From: an uncultured virus (IMG/VR IMGVR_UViG_3300029705_002947)
Taxonomy: Duplodnaviria > Heunggongvirae > Uroviricota > Caudoviricetes
IMG/VR virus record: IMGVR_UViG_3300029705_002947
DNA length: 64,000 bases
Direction: 5' to 3' (one strand)
Shown: positions 1-8,465 of the stretch, in pieces
Layout of the letters: the number at the start of each line of letters is the position of its first letter
Numbering within the stretch: the first letter of the stretch is position 1
The notes under the pieces: generated by a model
Database searches by the model: none
Seen by the model: the letters and a program-made list of their open reading frames with translations, nothing else
What the model was told of the DNA's origin: nothing
Translations under genes and position numbers: made by a program

Positions 1-490
1 CATCTTTAAAATCAGTTGTATACTGATAAAGTTTTTTATTCTTTTGCTTTTCATTTGCTATATCCATAATCGTATCAAATATATCTTCAATATATGAACG
101 TGAAGATTTTAATACATAATGGTCCATGTATTCTGCATTTGTTAATCCCGTAACATTCATAACCCTTGTTGGGTTTAATGCTTGTTCTAAATCATAATGT
201 AAAACGAAACTTGATTTATGATTTCTAACTATTTCAGCTCCCATTTTACATGCTATCGCTGTTTTTGCAGTTCCTGATTTACCTATGATAGTTATAAAAC
301 TTCCACCAACTAAACCAAGACAATCATGTGTACCTGTAATTGCTCCATATTGGTCTTTAGATACTAATGTATATCCTAATTGATAATCTAATGTTGGTAT
401 CCCTGTTGGATAACATACCATTGCAGGGGATGCGTTAAATAAACCTTCTTTATCATTCTCTCTTAAAGCACTTAATAAAGGATTTGCCAT
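1..490 (-). CDS. RecA/UvsX-like recombinase, N-terminal part (runs off window edge)
   Basis: Not in ORF track; translated by hand from ATG at 490 after GGAGG RBS: MANPLLSALREND...YPTGIPTLDYQLG...GLVGGSFITIIGKSGTAKT...VLHYDLEQAL. Shows the RecA-type TG..LD..LG motif, Walker A and the D-x-E motif. Confidence 0.8.
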   Translation of the reverse strand, partial: MANPLLSALRENDKEGLFNASPAMVCYPTGIPTLDYQLGYTLVSKDQYGAITGTHDCLGLVGGSFITIIGKSGTAKTAIACKMGAEIVRNHKSSFVLHYDLEQALNPTRVMNVTGLTNAEYMDHYVLKSSRSYIEDIFDTIMDIANEKQKNKKLYQYTTDFKD

Positions 491-547
491 AATTAATTAC
501 CTCCTTATATTTTTTATTATAATTAGTTGTTATTAAACAAATAAAAA

Positions 548-574
548 GTTAATAAGGATATAATCCTTATTAAC
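548..574 (-). terminator. Intrinsic terminator
   Basis: gttaataagga / tccttattaac inverted repeat followed by a U-tract on the minus strand. Confidence 0.7.
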
Positions 575-576
575 AA

Positions 577-753
577 TTATACTAAAAATAAATAAAATAC
601 AATGTAAAATATCAATATTATAAATGAAATTATAGCTGATGCTATTTTTTTATCTTGGATACTTTTAATGAATGTATAAACTGTTAATCCAGCACCTATT
701 ATATATAATATTATAAATATAATTAATAATATTAAAATATTTACAGGAATCAT
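577..753 (-). CDS. Small two-TM membrane protein (58 aa)
   Basis: Hand-translated MIPVNILILLIIFIILYIIGAGLTVYTFIKSIQDKKIASAIISFIILIFYIVFYLFLV; AAGGGG RBS; ends just before the terminator; overlaps the 3' end of ORF 665..1486. Confidence 0.55.
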   Translation of the reverse strand: MIPVNILILLIIFIILYIIGAGLTVYTFIKSIQDKKIASAIISFIILIFYIVFYLFLV

Positions 754-1486
754 TTAGATACCCCTTTGTAGTTATAATAGGTTCATATTTACTATTTACC
801 CTTCCAACAACCCAATGTTGAAATATAGTTACTATAATATAACCTAATACAACTGCTAAATAACAAAACTGAATCGGAATATTTATACCTAAATTTATTA
901 AATGTAATGGCATTCTAGTTGTCGATGTATAATTTGTGCCGAATATAAAATTAATTATTGTATTAATCGTTAATAAAATAGTTGTTATTATACAACACAT
1001 TTTCACATCATCTCTAGTTGAACCAATCTTTTTGACAAATAGATAGTTACCTGATATTAACATAATATATACGTGTAATAATACAGTTGTTATTTGTAAT
1101 ATATGTGGGAAAGGATATTTAAATATTGTAGGGAATATTAACCCTGCTATACCTCCATAAAATCCCCAATAACTACCTAATTTTAAACAAAACTTATTAT
1201 TACAAAATATACCTATTGTAAATAAATACAACACTATTCTACATGTATACAAAGGTAATCCTTTTAGAAACAGACTCTCAGGTCCTATTATATACCAACC
1301 GTATAGTATAATTTGTAATCCTAATATAAATAAAGTTGAAATTTTTTCAATAAAAATATTTTGTTTTTGATATTTAACCATCCAATTTAAAAAGGTAAAA
1401 CTTCCGACTAATAAACATATGTGCCATAATCCTAATAAATGTAGACTGCTTTCACATTGAATTGTAGCAAACATATCTCCCATCAT
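665..1486 (-). CDS. YwaF/TMEM164-like integral membrane protein
   Basis: Multiple TM segments; LPLYTCRI resembles the family LPLHLC motif; conserved His in TVLLHV; GGAGG RBS. Confidence 0.65.
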   Translation of the reverse strand: MMGDMFATIQCESSLHLLGLWHICLLVGSFTFLNWMVKYQKQNIFIEKISTLFILGLQIILYGWYIIGPESLFLKGLPLYTCRIVLYLFTIGIFCNNKFCLKLGSYWGFYGGIAGLIFPTIFKYPFPHILQITTVLLHVYIMLISGNYLFVKKIGSTRDDVKMCCIITTILLTINTIINFIFGTNYTSTTRMPLHLINLGINIPIQFCYLAVVLGYIIVTIFQHWVVGRVNSKYEPIITTKGYLNDSCKYFNIINYIYNIIYNRCWINSLYIH

Positions 1487-1568
1487 AAATAATACCTCCC
1501 TTATTTTTATTCTAAATATTTGTTATTTGGAACATAAAAAATAATAAGGAGATTTCTCTCCTTATTAA

Positions 1569-1787
1569 TTAATGTCTCCAAACTATTCTTCCTGTACTTA
1601 TATCATAAACAGATATTTCAAAATCAACTTTATCGTTTTCTACTATAGTTATTTTATTTTGTCTAAGTTTACCAGATAGAGTACATGTAGCTGTAACTTC
1701 AACGTCATCAGCTTTTACTACAAACTTTGCCCCTGGCAAACATTTTATTACAGTTCCTGTTAATTTCATTAAATCTTTTTTACCCAT
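1569..1787 (-). CDS. infA: Translation initiation factor IF-1
   Basis: 72 aa S1/OB fold: GTVIKCLPGAKFVV...CTLSGKLRQNKITIVENDKV...YD...GRIVWR matches the IF-1 consensus. Confidence 0.93.
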   Translation of the reverse strand: MGKKDLMKLTGTVIKCLPGAKFVVKADDVEVTATCTLSGKLRQNKITIVENDKVDFEISVYDISTGRIVWRH

Positions 1788-1900
1788 GCTATAACTCCTT
1801 TTATTATTTTAAAAAAATGATTTGTTTTTATTTCTTTTTTAGTTGCAGGTCCAGCATATACTGAACCTGCAGCTATTAAATATTTTCCTAAATTACTCAT
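1769..1900 (-). CDS. Small 43-aa peptide overlapping the IF-1 start
   Basis: Hand-translated MSNLGKYLIAAGSVYAGPATKKEIKTNHFFKIIKGVIAWVKKI; GGAGA RBS; fills the gap between 1911 and 1787. Confidence 0.45.
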   Translation of the reverse strand: MSNLGKYLIAAGSVYAGPATKKEIKTNHFFKIIKGVIAWVKKI

Positions 1901-1910
1901 TAATTTCTCC

Positions 1911-2819
1911 TTAGAATATATACTCAAATTTCTTATTATTATTTTTGAATTTTGTTAATCTACTATAAGCTGTTTTCATACCTTGTGGTAATTTAACATC
2001 TTTACTTTGAACTAATTTTTCTAATAGTTTATAATTTAAATATTTATCCATAAATGTATTATTAGAGTTTGTTCTCTCATTATATTTGTTTATAGAATTA
2101 CAAGCTTTACCTAAAGCGTTCATGAATAATTGTTCTGGAACACTTGCACAAACTTTATATATAAATGCTTGTAATCTTGTAACATATGGTTTATATTCTG
2201 GTTTTATATTTTTATCAACGTCTGTTTTACAGAAAGCTGTTATTATTTCTTCAGCTTTTACATCTAAAACAGCTTGTGTTATTATTGCTGATATAACATT
2301 CTCATTTACTTGTTTAGCATCATATTTTTCGTTATAAGCATTATATAATACTTCTGGAAGATTTTCTAATATGTTTTCAACTTCTTTAGTTCTAAAGAAT
2401 GGTGTTACATTATAACTTCTTATTGCTTTTACAGAAGCTATTAATATTGCTATATCTGTTTCTAGATGTCCTGTTATTTCACTTCCTAATTCTCTTTCTC
2501 TTAATCTGTATCCTAACATGAAAGCATCACCTTTAAGTTCTTCGTCATCTGATAAATGTGTTGCTGTATATAATACATATGCCATATCATAATTGATTCT
2601 ATCATCTTCAGATTGTATTAATAATGAAATTGTTTTAAAGAATTTATTTCCTCTTATTACTGAACACACTTCTTCAAATTCTCTTTTCATCTTATAGTTA
2701 TATTGATTGTTAACTATGAAATCTATTATTACTGGTTGATATTCTATTACTATGTTTTCTAATTCATTCATTGTTAAATCATAACTCATTTCATTTAAAA
2801 ATCCATTTATATTTTTCAT
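1911..2819 (-). CDS. Hypothetical protein (302 aa)
   Basis: Long ORF with GGAGG RBS; no motif recognised. Confidence 0.8.
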   Translation of the reverse strand: MKNINGFLNEMSYDLTMNELENIVIEYQPVIIDFIVNNQYNYKMKREFEEVCSVIRGNKFFKTISLLIQSEDDRINYDMAYVLYTATHLSDDEELKGDAFMLGYRLRERELGSEITGHLETDIAILIASVKAIRSYNVTPFFRTKEVENILENLPEVLYNAYNEKYDAKQVNENVISAIITQAVLDVKAEEIITAFCKTDVDKNIKPEYKPYVTRLQAFIYKVCASVPEQLFMNALGKACNSINKYNERTNSNNTFMDKYLNYKLLEKLVQSKDVKLPQGMKTAYSRLTKFKNNNKKFEYIF

Positions 2820-2871
2820 ATAATTACCTCCTAAATTTTTTTATTTATTTTAATTTAAATTACTGGCTATT

Positions 2872-3417
2872 TTAATGTTCTAATTCAAAATTTATCCAAT
2901 CATTGTCATCCCATGTAGACATATCATAAGGATCATACATATCATAATCGTCGTCATAATCGAATTCTTCATCTTCCATCTCAGCTTCTGCTTTTATTCT
3001 CTGTTCTATCATATATTGTGAAACTTCTTTTATTATTGAATAATCTCCTAGATAACTTATAAGTTCTTCATAATCATCTAGCTCTTTTCCTGTTAATAAA
3101 TCTCTCATTTGTTTAACTAATCTTAGACATTCATATTCATCTTCGTTTATCATTCTATAACATGTTTTATTATTTACTACGTTGTCTTCAATATAAAATT
3201 CATTTTTTACTTTATCATATTTTACTACATGTTGATATTTATTAATAAGCATCCACGCTTCTCCTTTTGTTTCACATTCAGGAATCTTATTAAATCCATA
3301 ATAAGCTCTTAATTTCTTAATAATATTCTTTTGTTTATCTGTAGGTTCGTCACTATGATTTCCTTTAAATTGTTTTCCATAACCATTTAAATTCTTTTTC
3401 ATAATATCAACCTCCAA
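2872..3417 (-). CDS. Hypothetical protein with acidic C-terminal tail (probable early gene)
   Basis: ORF with D/E/Y-rich tail; true start probably MKKNL; downstream of an early-type promoter motif. Confidence 0.75.
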   Translation of the reverse strand: MEVDIMKKNLNGYGKQFKGNHSDEPTDKQKNIIKKLRAYYGFNKIPECETKGEAWMLINKYQHVVKYDKVKNEFYIEDNVVNNKTCYRMINEDEYECLRLVKQMRDLLTGKELDDYEELISYLGDYSIIKEVSQYMIEQRIKAEAEMEDEEFDYDDDYDMYDPYDMSTWDDNDWINFELEH

Positions 3418-3432
3418 ATATAATTATTATAT

Positions 3433-3473
3433 TTCATCTATATAATATAGCATTGAAATTATGCCTTTTTACA
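3433..3473 (-). promoter_or_regulatory. Putative early phage promoter (tripartite motif, copy 1 of 6)
   Basis: TGTAA-N10-TTTC-AATGCT-ATATTAT-ATAG-ATGAA. The same architecture recurs at 6376-6415, 16316-16356, 18032-18071, 20534-20573 and 30671-30710. Confidence 0.7.
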
Positions 3474-3478
3474 GTTCA

Positions 3479-4141
3479 TTATTCCGATATATAAAATACA
3501 AATAATCTATCACCTTCATGTTCATATGAACATGTCATAAGAACTAATATTTCATCGTCTTCATCATATAACGTTGGTATAAAATATTTGGAGTTTTCTT
3601 GGATAGTTTGTATACCTTCACCTAACGGTATAGAGCATAACTTAGTATAATAGAAATTGTTATTTGTTACATATAATCCTAATGGTTTATATTTTTTAAT
3701 AGTTCCATCAGATCTTTCTATAACAACATTAGACTCTTTAAATTTAGTTTCATCTTCACGTAAATAATGTAATGTTGCAAACATGCTTTTATCTCTCATA
3801 CAATGTCCGTATAATATAGTCACATGACTAGAAAAAGGAACTCTTGATCCTTCATAGAATATAGCTCCGTGGCTAGATTCTCTATCATATATATCATGTG
3901 AAAGGTAATAAAAATTATCTTTTTCTTTCCATGCAACAGGATAATTTATTTTAGTATTCGTAATAGTAATCCAATCGAATTTAGTTAATAATGCTTCTTT
4001 TTCTTTAGCTGCTTCTTTATATGCTTTATGACTTTGATAACTATCTTCAATAACATTAATTATAGGTTGAGCATAAACTATAATTACCATTATCAATATT
4101 ATATTAATTAACCATCTAAATATTTTTCTCACATTAATCAA
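3479..4141 (-). CDS. srtB: Class B sortase
   Basis: N-terminal TM anchor; W..I.NTKINYPV, DNFYYL.HD, ILYGHCMRDKSMF (His) and LVLMTCSYE...R (catalytic Cys and Arg). Likely GTG start at 4132. Confidence 0.9.
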   Translation of the reverse strand: MINVRKIFRWLINIILIMVIIVYAQPIINVIEDSYQSHKAYKEAAKEKEALLTKFDWITITNTKINYPVAWKEKDNFYYLSHDIYDRESSHGAIFYEGSRVPFSSHVTILYGHCMRDKSMFATLHYLREDETKFKESNVVIERSDGTIKKYKPLGLYVTNNNFYYTKLCSIPLGEGIQTIQENSKYFIPTLYDEDDEILVLMTCSYEHEGDRLFVFYISE

Positions 4142-4156
4142 CTCCCAATAAAAAAA

Positions 4157-4183
4157 TAGAAAGAGCCTAAAAGGCTCTTTCTA
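4157..4183 (-). terminator. Intrinsic terminator between sortase substrate and sortase
   Basis: tagaaagagcct-aaa-aggctctttcta perfect 12-bp stem followed by a U-tract on the minus strand. Confidence 0.75.
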
Positions 4184-4185
4184 AC

Positions 4186-5040
4186 CTATTTTTCTTCATC
4201 TTTTTTCTTTTTATTATTAACTAATAATCCTACACCTGCAGCTGCAAGCACAGCCATTCCACCTACTGCTATTGCTTGCCCAGTTCCAGGAGTTATTTCA
4301 GGCACCCATCCTTTTGCATCTGATTCAAAGAAATCTATAAATATAACTTCAATAAGTTTCTTTTCTTCACTTACATTTGTATATACGTGATATTCTCCTT
4401 TTTCATTTCCTTCTTCTATTGTAACATAATTATCAGCTTCGTTTACACCTTCTATAAACTCAAGCCAAGCTTTCTTTTCTATCATAAAACTTGTATCTAT
4501 TTGTCTTTCCCCATTATTTAAAACACCAACTGCTGCCATAGATTCTCTGTATTTATTTATAACCTTTTGTTCAGCATCGTCAAATGATACAGTTGGTTCT
4601 TGTTCTTCTCCACTAGAACTACCAGCTAATTCGTATTCAAGATTAATTGCATCGATAGCTTGCTCTATGTCAACTTTAATACGTAAAAAAGCCTTCCCAT
4701 CTTGTAGTTCTAACTTAGTTGTTTGTTTACTTTCTTCTATAGCATTATACATAGTTACTACGTCTATAGACTTCATATCTATCTTAGTTGTATCCCAATT
4801 TGCAGAAATTTCATGTGTTCCTTCTGGGTGTCCTGAATATCCACCTACATTACGAATAGTTATCGTTATGTTTCCATCTTCAAGACTGTGAACACTTGCA
4901 ACAGGTCCACCATCTATGTCAACATAATTAAATTCTGTTATACTATTCGTCATTTCTGCGGCATATGAATCAACTGTTCCAAAACCCATTCCTACTACTA
5001 ATAATCCTGCTACTAATAAACTTTTAATTTTTTTATTCAT
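4186..5040 (-). CDS. Secreted cell-wall-anchored protein (sortase substrate)
   Basis: N-terminal signal peptide (MNKKIKSLLVAGLLVVGMG...SYA); C-terminal sorting signal TPGTG + hydrophobic stretch (QAIAVGGMAVLAAAGVGLLV) + basic tail (NNKKKK). Confidence 0.85.
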   Translation of the reverse strand: MNKKIKSLLVAGLLVVGMGFGTVDSYAAEMTNSITEFNYVDIDGGPVASVHSLEDGNITITIRNVGGYSGHPEGTHEISANWDTTKIDMKSIDVVTMYNAIEESKQTTKLELQDGKAFLRIKVDIEQAIDAINLEYELAGSSSGEEQEPTVSFDDAEQKVINKYRESMAAVGVLNNGERQIDTSFMIEKKAWLEFIEGVNEADNYVTIEEGNEKGEYHVYTNVSEEKKLIEVIFIDFFESDAKGWVPEITPGTGQAIAVGGMAVLAAAGVGLLVNNKKKKDEEK

Positions 5041-5087
5041 ATAAATCTCTCCTTTTAAATTATTTTTTACCTCGTTGCTATTTTATT

Positions 5088-5099
5088 TACTAATTTGTT
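5088..5099 (-). promoter_or_regulatory. Putative AR9-like late promoter AACA-N6-TA upstream of the sortase substrate
   Basis: Minus strand reads AACA-AATTAG-TA; one of 22 exact copies placed upstream of genes. Confidence 0.65.
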
Positions 5100-5114
5100 A
5101 TACCATAAATAAAA

Positions 5115-5594
5115 TTATATAAACTCGTAATTATTATTTATTATTTCTTCTATTTCAATCATTAGTTCATTCATTCTATTTAATATTAATGTTATTTCTT
5201 CTGCTACTTTAGTTTTTTCTTGTTCATTTGCAGCTATTGTATATTTTAATCCTAGATCCATTAAATCGTCTAAGCATTTATCTAATTCTATAGTTAGTTT
5301 TTGTGTTGGTTTGATTCTATTTTTTGTCATATAATCAAATAACTTAATGGCATCGTTCATTGTTAAATCTTCGTCCTCTGTTATTGTAAATAATACATTA
5401 TCTATCAATCTCATTATTGCGAAATATTCTTGTTCTAAAACAACAACATCAAGTTCTTGTTGAATATTTTCTTTTGATGGTTCAGGTTCATTATTTTGAC
5501 ATCCTGTTAACCCTAAACAACATAAAGTTAAAATAAGGGCTAAACCTATAATTGCTATGTTTTTTATCAATTTTCCAATTATCATCTTTTTCAT
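5115..5594 (-). CDS. Putative lipoprotein
   Basis: Basic N-terminus, hydrophobic core, lipobox LTGC followed by a polar linker. Confidence 0.7.
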   Translation of the reverse strand: MKKMIIGKLIKNIAIIGLALILTLCCLGLTGCQNNEPEPSKENIQQELDVVVLEQEYFAIMRLIDNVLFTITEDEDLTMNDAIKLFDYMTKNRIKPTQKLTIELDKCLDDLMDLGLKYTIAANEQEKTKVAEEITLILNRMNELMIEIEEIINNNYEFI

Positions 5595-5659
5595 TTACAC
5601 CAATCCCCTTTCTAAATATTTGTTATATACGTTATAAAAAAATAAGATGCTTATGCATC

Positions 5660-6346
5660 TTATTTCCATGGCATTCCATACATATCTTTATATATTTTAT
5701 CGAATTCTTCATTATTCATTATTATTTTTCTTGATTGGTTTAATACGTCTTCTGCATATTTTGTATTAAATCTAGCATATCCTTTTTCTCCATATTTATC
5801 TTGTAAATGTGATATTACTTCATCATATATTTCTTTATCATTTTTATCTGGATAATGTTTTCTATTCCATTTATAAGTTCTTTCTATCATTGTGTTTATA
5901 TCATTCATTCTATCTGCATCTGAAACTATTTTACTATAAACACTTGTATACTCACCTTTATAACTTGCTCTATGTTCTTCTACTGATTTTGCTATTAATT
6001 CTATTTGTTCCTCTGAAAAGAATCTTCTTAATTCTTTTTCTTTTCTTACTATTTCTCCTGATTTAGTATGGTGTGTTTCTCTATCATACGCTAATCCTAA
6101 ATCGTGCATTGCTGCTATTACTTTAACCATTCTCATATCTAATTTTATTTTCTCGTCTTTCATCATGTTTGCTGCTATATATTCTGAGTTCTTTATAACC
6201 ATTCTTGCATGTTTATCATCATGTGCTCCATCAAACTTTTTATATTTTTCTATTGTTATTTCTATAAATCTATCTAATTCTTTTTCATTTATTTCTTTAA
6301 ATTGTCTTCCTTTTGTCTCTAAATATATATTTAATGTATGTTTCAT
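5660..6346 (-). CDS. HD-domain metal-dependent phosphohydrolase
   Basis: AHDDKH...IAAMHDLG...HHTKSG...EH...IVSDADR: canonical H...HD...D motifs. Confidence 0.88.
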   Translation of the reverse strand: MKHTLNIYLETKGRQFKEINEKELDRFIEITIEKYKKFDGAHDDKHARMVIKNSEYIAANMMKDEKIKLDMRMVKVIAAMHDLGLAYDRETHHTKSGEIVRKEKELRRFFSEEQIELIAKSVEEHRASYKGEYTSVYSKIVSDADRMNDINTMIERTYKWNRKHYPDKNDKEIYDEVISHLQDKYGEKGYARFNTKYAEDVLNQSRKIIMNNEEFDKIYKDMYGMPWK

Positions 6347-6375
6347 ATTACCATCCTCCTTAATTATTTGTCTTA

Positions 6376-6415
6376 TTCATGTACATAATATGGTATTGAA
6401 ATTATGAGAATTACA
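6376..6415 (-). promoter_or_regulatory. Putative early phage promoter (tripartite motif)
   Basis: TGTAA-N9-TTTC-AATACC-ATATTAT-GTAC-ATGAA upstream of the HD gene. Confidence 0.7.
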
Positions 6416-6422
6416 AAAAAAA

Positions 6423-6446
6423 AGAATATGCCAAAAGGCATATTCT
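6423..6446 (-). terminator. Intrinsic terminator
   Basis: agaatatgcc-aaaa-ggcatattct with U-tract after the RNAP subunit gene. Confidence 0.75.
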
Positions 6447-7161
6447 AATCTAATGTTTTAGGTAACATATAATCATTCATTACAAGGTCAGTCATTAATC
6501 CTGCACCCATAAAGAATACTGCTGCAGAGTTTAAAGTAGTTTTATTAGAAAGTTTATCTGTTAATTCGTTCATTGCAACATAACCATCTCTAGCAATTTT
6601 TTTATTCATTTCGTCTTTCATTACCTTATCATCAGCTCTCATAGACATTAATTCTTTTAGTGATACGTTAGCACCATAAGTAAGTAATGCAGTAGTTTCT
6701 TGGTCTGAGTTTCTTGAGTTTTTATCATGACCTGTAACCTGACCAGTTATCATATTTCTTTCACTTATGTCTGTAGAAAGTCCTAATTTCTTAAAGTTTA
6801 TTTGTTGTAGACGTTTCATATTAAGATATCCAACTAAACACTCATGCTTTGTTATTACAGGTTTACTTGGATCTTCACTTGCATATGGTAATACAACTCT
6901 TTCAAATAAAGGAACTTTTAAAAACTTAGCAGCTTTTTCTATATTTTCTATTAATAATGGATTCTCATAATCCACCATAGTAGCTGTTAGATATGGATCA
7001 TCTTGTTTAAATAAGTTTTTAAAATAGTTATCAAATTTAGCATCGTCCATACCTTTAAATAAATTTCTATAATATTCTGTATTTCTACCAGATGGATCAA
7101 ATAAATCAAAGAAATTATAAATTAAATTTTCCATTTCTTTTCTTCTAGCTTTATCTATCAT
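6445..7161 (-). CDS. Split multisubunit RNA polymerase, beta subunit C-terminal fragment (phiKZ/AR9-like, probably virion RNAP)
   Basis: LVGYLNMKRLQQ...ITGQVTG...SDQETTALLTYGANVSLKELMSMRADD aligns by eye to the RpoB C-terminus VGYMYMLKL...VTQQPLGG...GEME.[22 protein letters not shown]. A stand-alone ~240-aa piece is typical of phiKZ-like phages. Confidence 0.82.
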   Translation of the reverse strand: MIDKARRKEMENLIYNFFDLFDPSGRNTEYYRNLFKGMDDAKFDNYFKNLFKQDDPYLTATMVDYENPLLIENIEKAAKFLKVPLFERVVLPYASEDPSKPVITKHECLVGYLNMKRLQQINFKKLGLSTDISERNMITGQVTGHDKNSRNSDQETTALLTYGANVSLKELMSMRADDKVMKDEMNKKIARDGYVAMNELTDKLSNKTTLNSAAVFFMGAGLMTDLVMNDYMLPKTLD

Positions 7162-7176
7162 TTATATTACTCCTTT

Positions 7177-8379
7177 CTATAATAAAGAATATCTGATGTA
7201 TATTATAACATATAACATTAAACCTCTCTTACAATCATTAAGTGTCGCAGCTCTGGTTATCTTTTTACTTAAACCTGATTTATCAACTATATCGTCTATT
7301 ATAGATTTAAGTTCATTTAAGTTTTTATCCCCAACACTTTGTTTTTTAAAATGTGCTCTCATTGTAAGTTCAAAATCAAATGTTTTTAAGTCATCAACTT
7401 TCTTTTTATATTCGAATAAGTATATTTGAATTATAACTCTTACTAGTTTTTCAAATTCTTTTTCATGATTATCGTATATATAGTTCATCATATTTCTAAG
7501 GTTATTTATAGAACATCCTGGTTCTCTTGAAGCAACTTGTTCCATTATCTTACCGTTAGGATATGTTGTTAATATAAATTTATTCATAACTTTTTGCGTA
7601 TTCTTTTCAACCATAAATGATACGTTATCTGATTCAATATATTCGTCTTCTGTATCAACATCATGGTCTACGTTTAAGTAATTACCACTATCTAGGTCTT
7701 TTTTAAATTCTGCGTAGAAGTTTTTAAATAATGTATCATATCTTCTATGGTTATCATTTATCATATTACACAATGTTTCATCAGTAACTTTACCTTCAAG
7801 TTCTTTTTTTCTTTCTTTAAACCAGTTATCTATAAACACTTCTGTTTTTTTATTTATAGTTTCTTCTATATTTTTATATTTCTTTAAATCGTTCTTATAA
7901 GATAATCTGTTTATAGTAAAGTTCATACAATTTAATGCATTCTCACTAGTTTTTCTAGGATTGAAATATTTTGATTTAACGTTCTTATACATATATATCG
8001 ACCATAGTTGCATAACTGCTTTAAACATTTGCTCATTCTTTCTATTCTTAAAACACAATGCAACTATTAATAAAGACATATACATAGGATTTTTTACTGT
8101 AAACCAACTATCTTTAGGTATGTGTGGAGATGAAGTAATAACATGCATGATCTCTTGACTTGAAATACCTATCGCATCAAAATATTTTTCTTCCTCCTTA
8201 TGATGTATAAATAAACTCTTATACGGTACTGACATACTCAACGCTTCAAAATTAACTTGGTTACCTTTTACATTACTAAAGAATTCTTGTACTTTCCTTA
8301 CATTTGCAGGGCTTCCAAGTGCAGTATTTATTTTAGGATATAAATTATCGTAAATATGTGTTGATTTTGGATCAGCCAT
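7177..8379 (-). CDS. Hypothetical protein (400 aa), apparently co-transcribed with the RNAP fragment
   Basis: Long ORF, GGAG RBS, late-type promoter at 8419-8430, 15-nt gap to the RNAP gene. Confidence 0.8.
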   Translation of the reverse strand: MADPKSTHIYDNLYPKINTALGSPANVRKVQEFFSNVKGNQVNFEALSMSVPYKSLFIHHKEEEKYFDAIGISSQEIMHVITSSPHIPKDSWFTVKNPMYMSLLIVALCFKNRKNEQMFKAVMQLWSIYMYKNVKSKYFNPRKTSENALNCMNFTINRLSYKNDLKKYKNIEETINKKTEVFIDNWFKERKKELEGKVTDETLCNMINDNHRRYDTLFKNFYAEFKKDLDSGNYLNVDHDVDTEDEYIESDNVSFMVEKNTQKVMNKFILTTYPNGKIMEQVASREPGCSINNLRNMMNYIYDNHEKEFEKLVRVIIQIYLFEYKKKVDDLKTFDFELTMRAHFKKQSVGDKNLNELKSIIDDIVDKSGLSKKITRAATLNDCKRGLMLYVIIYIRYSLL

Positions 8380-8465
8380 AAATAATTACTCCTTTCATAT
8401 ATAATTTCATATTGTCCTTAGTCAATTGTTTTGGAACATAAAAAAAGATAGATACCATAAGGTAT

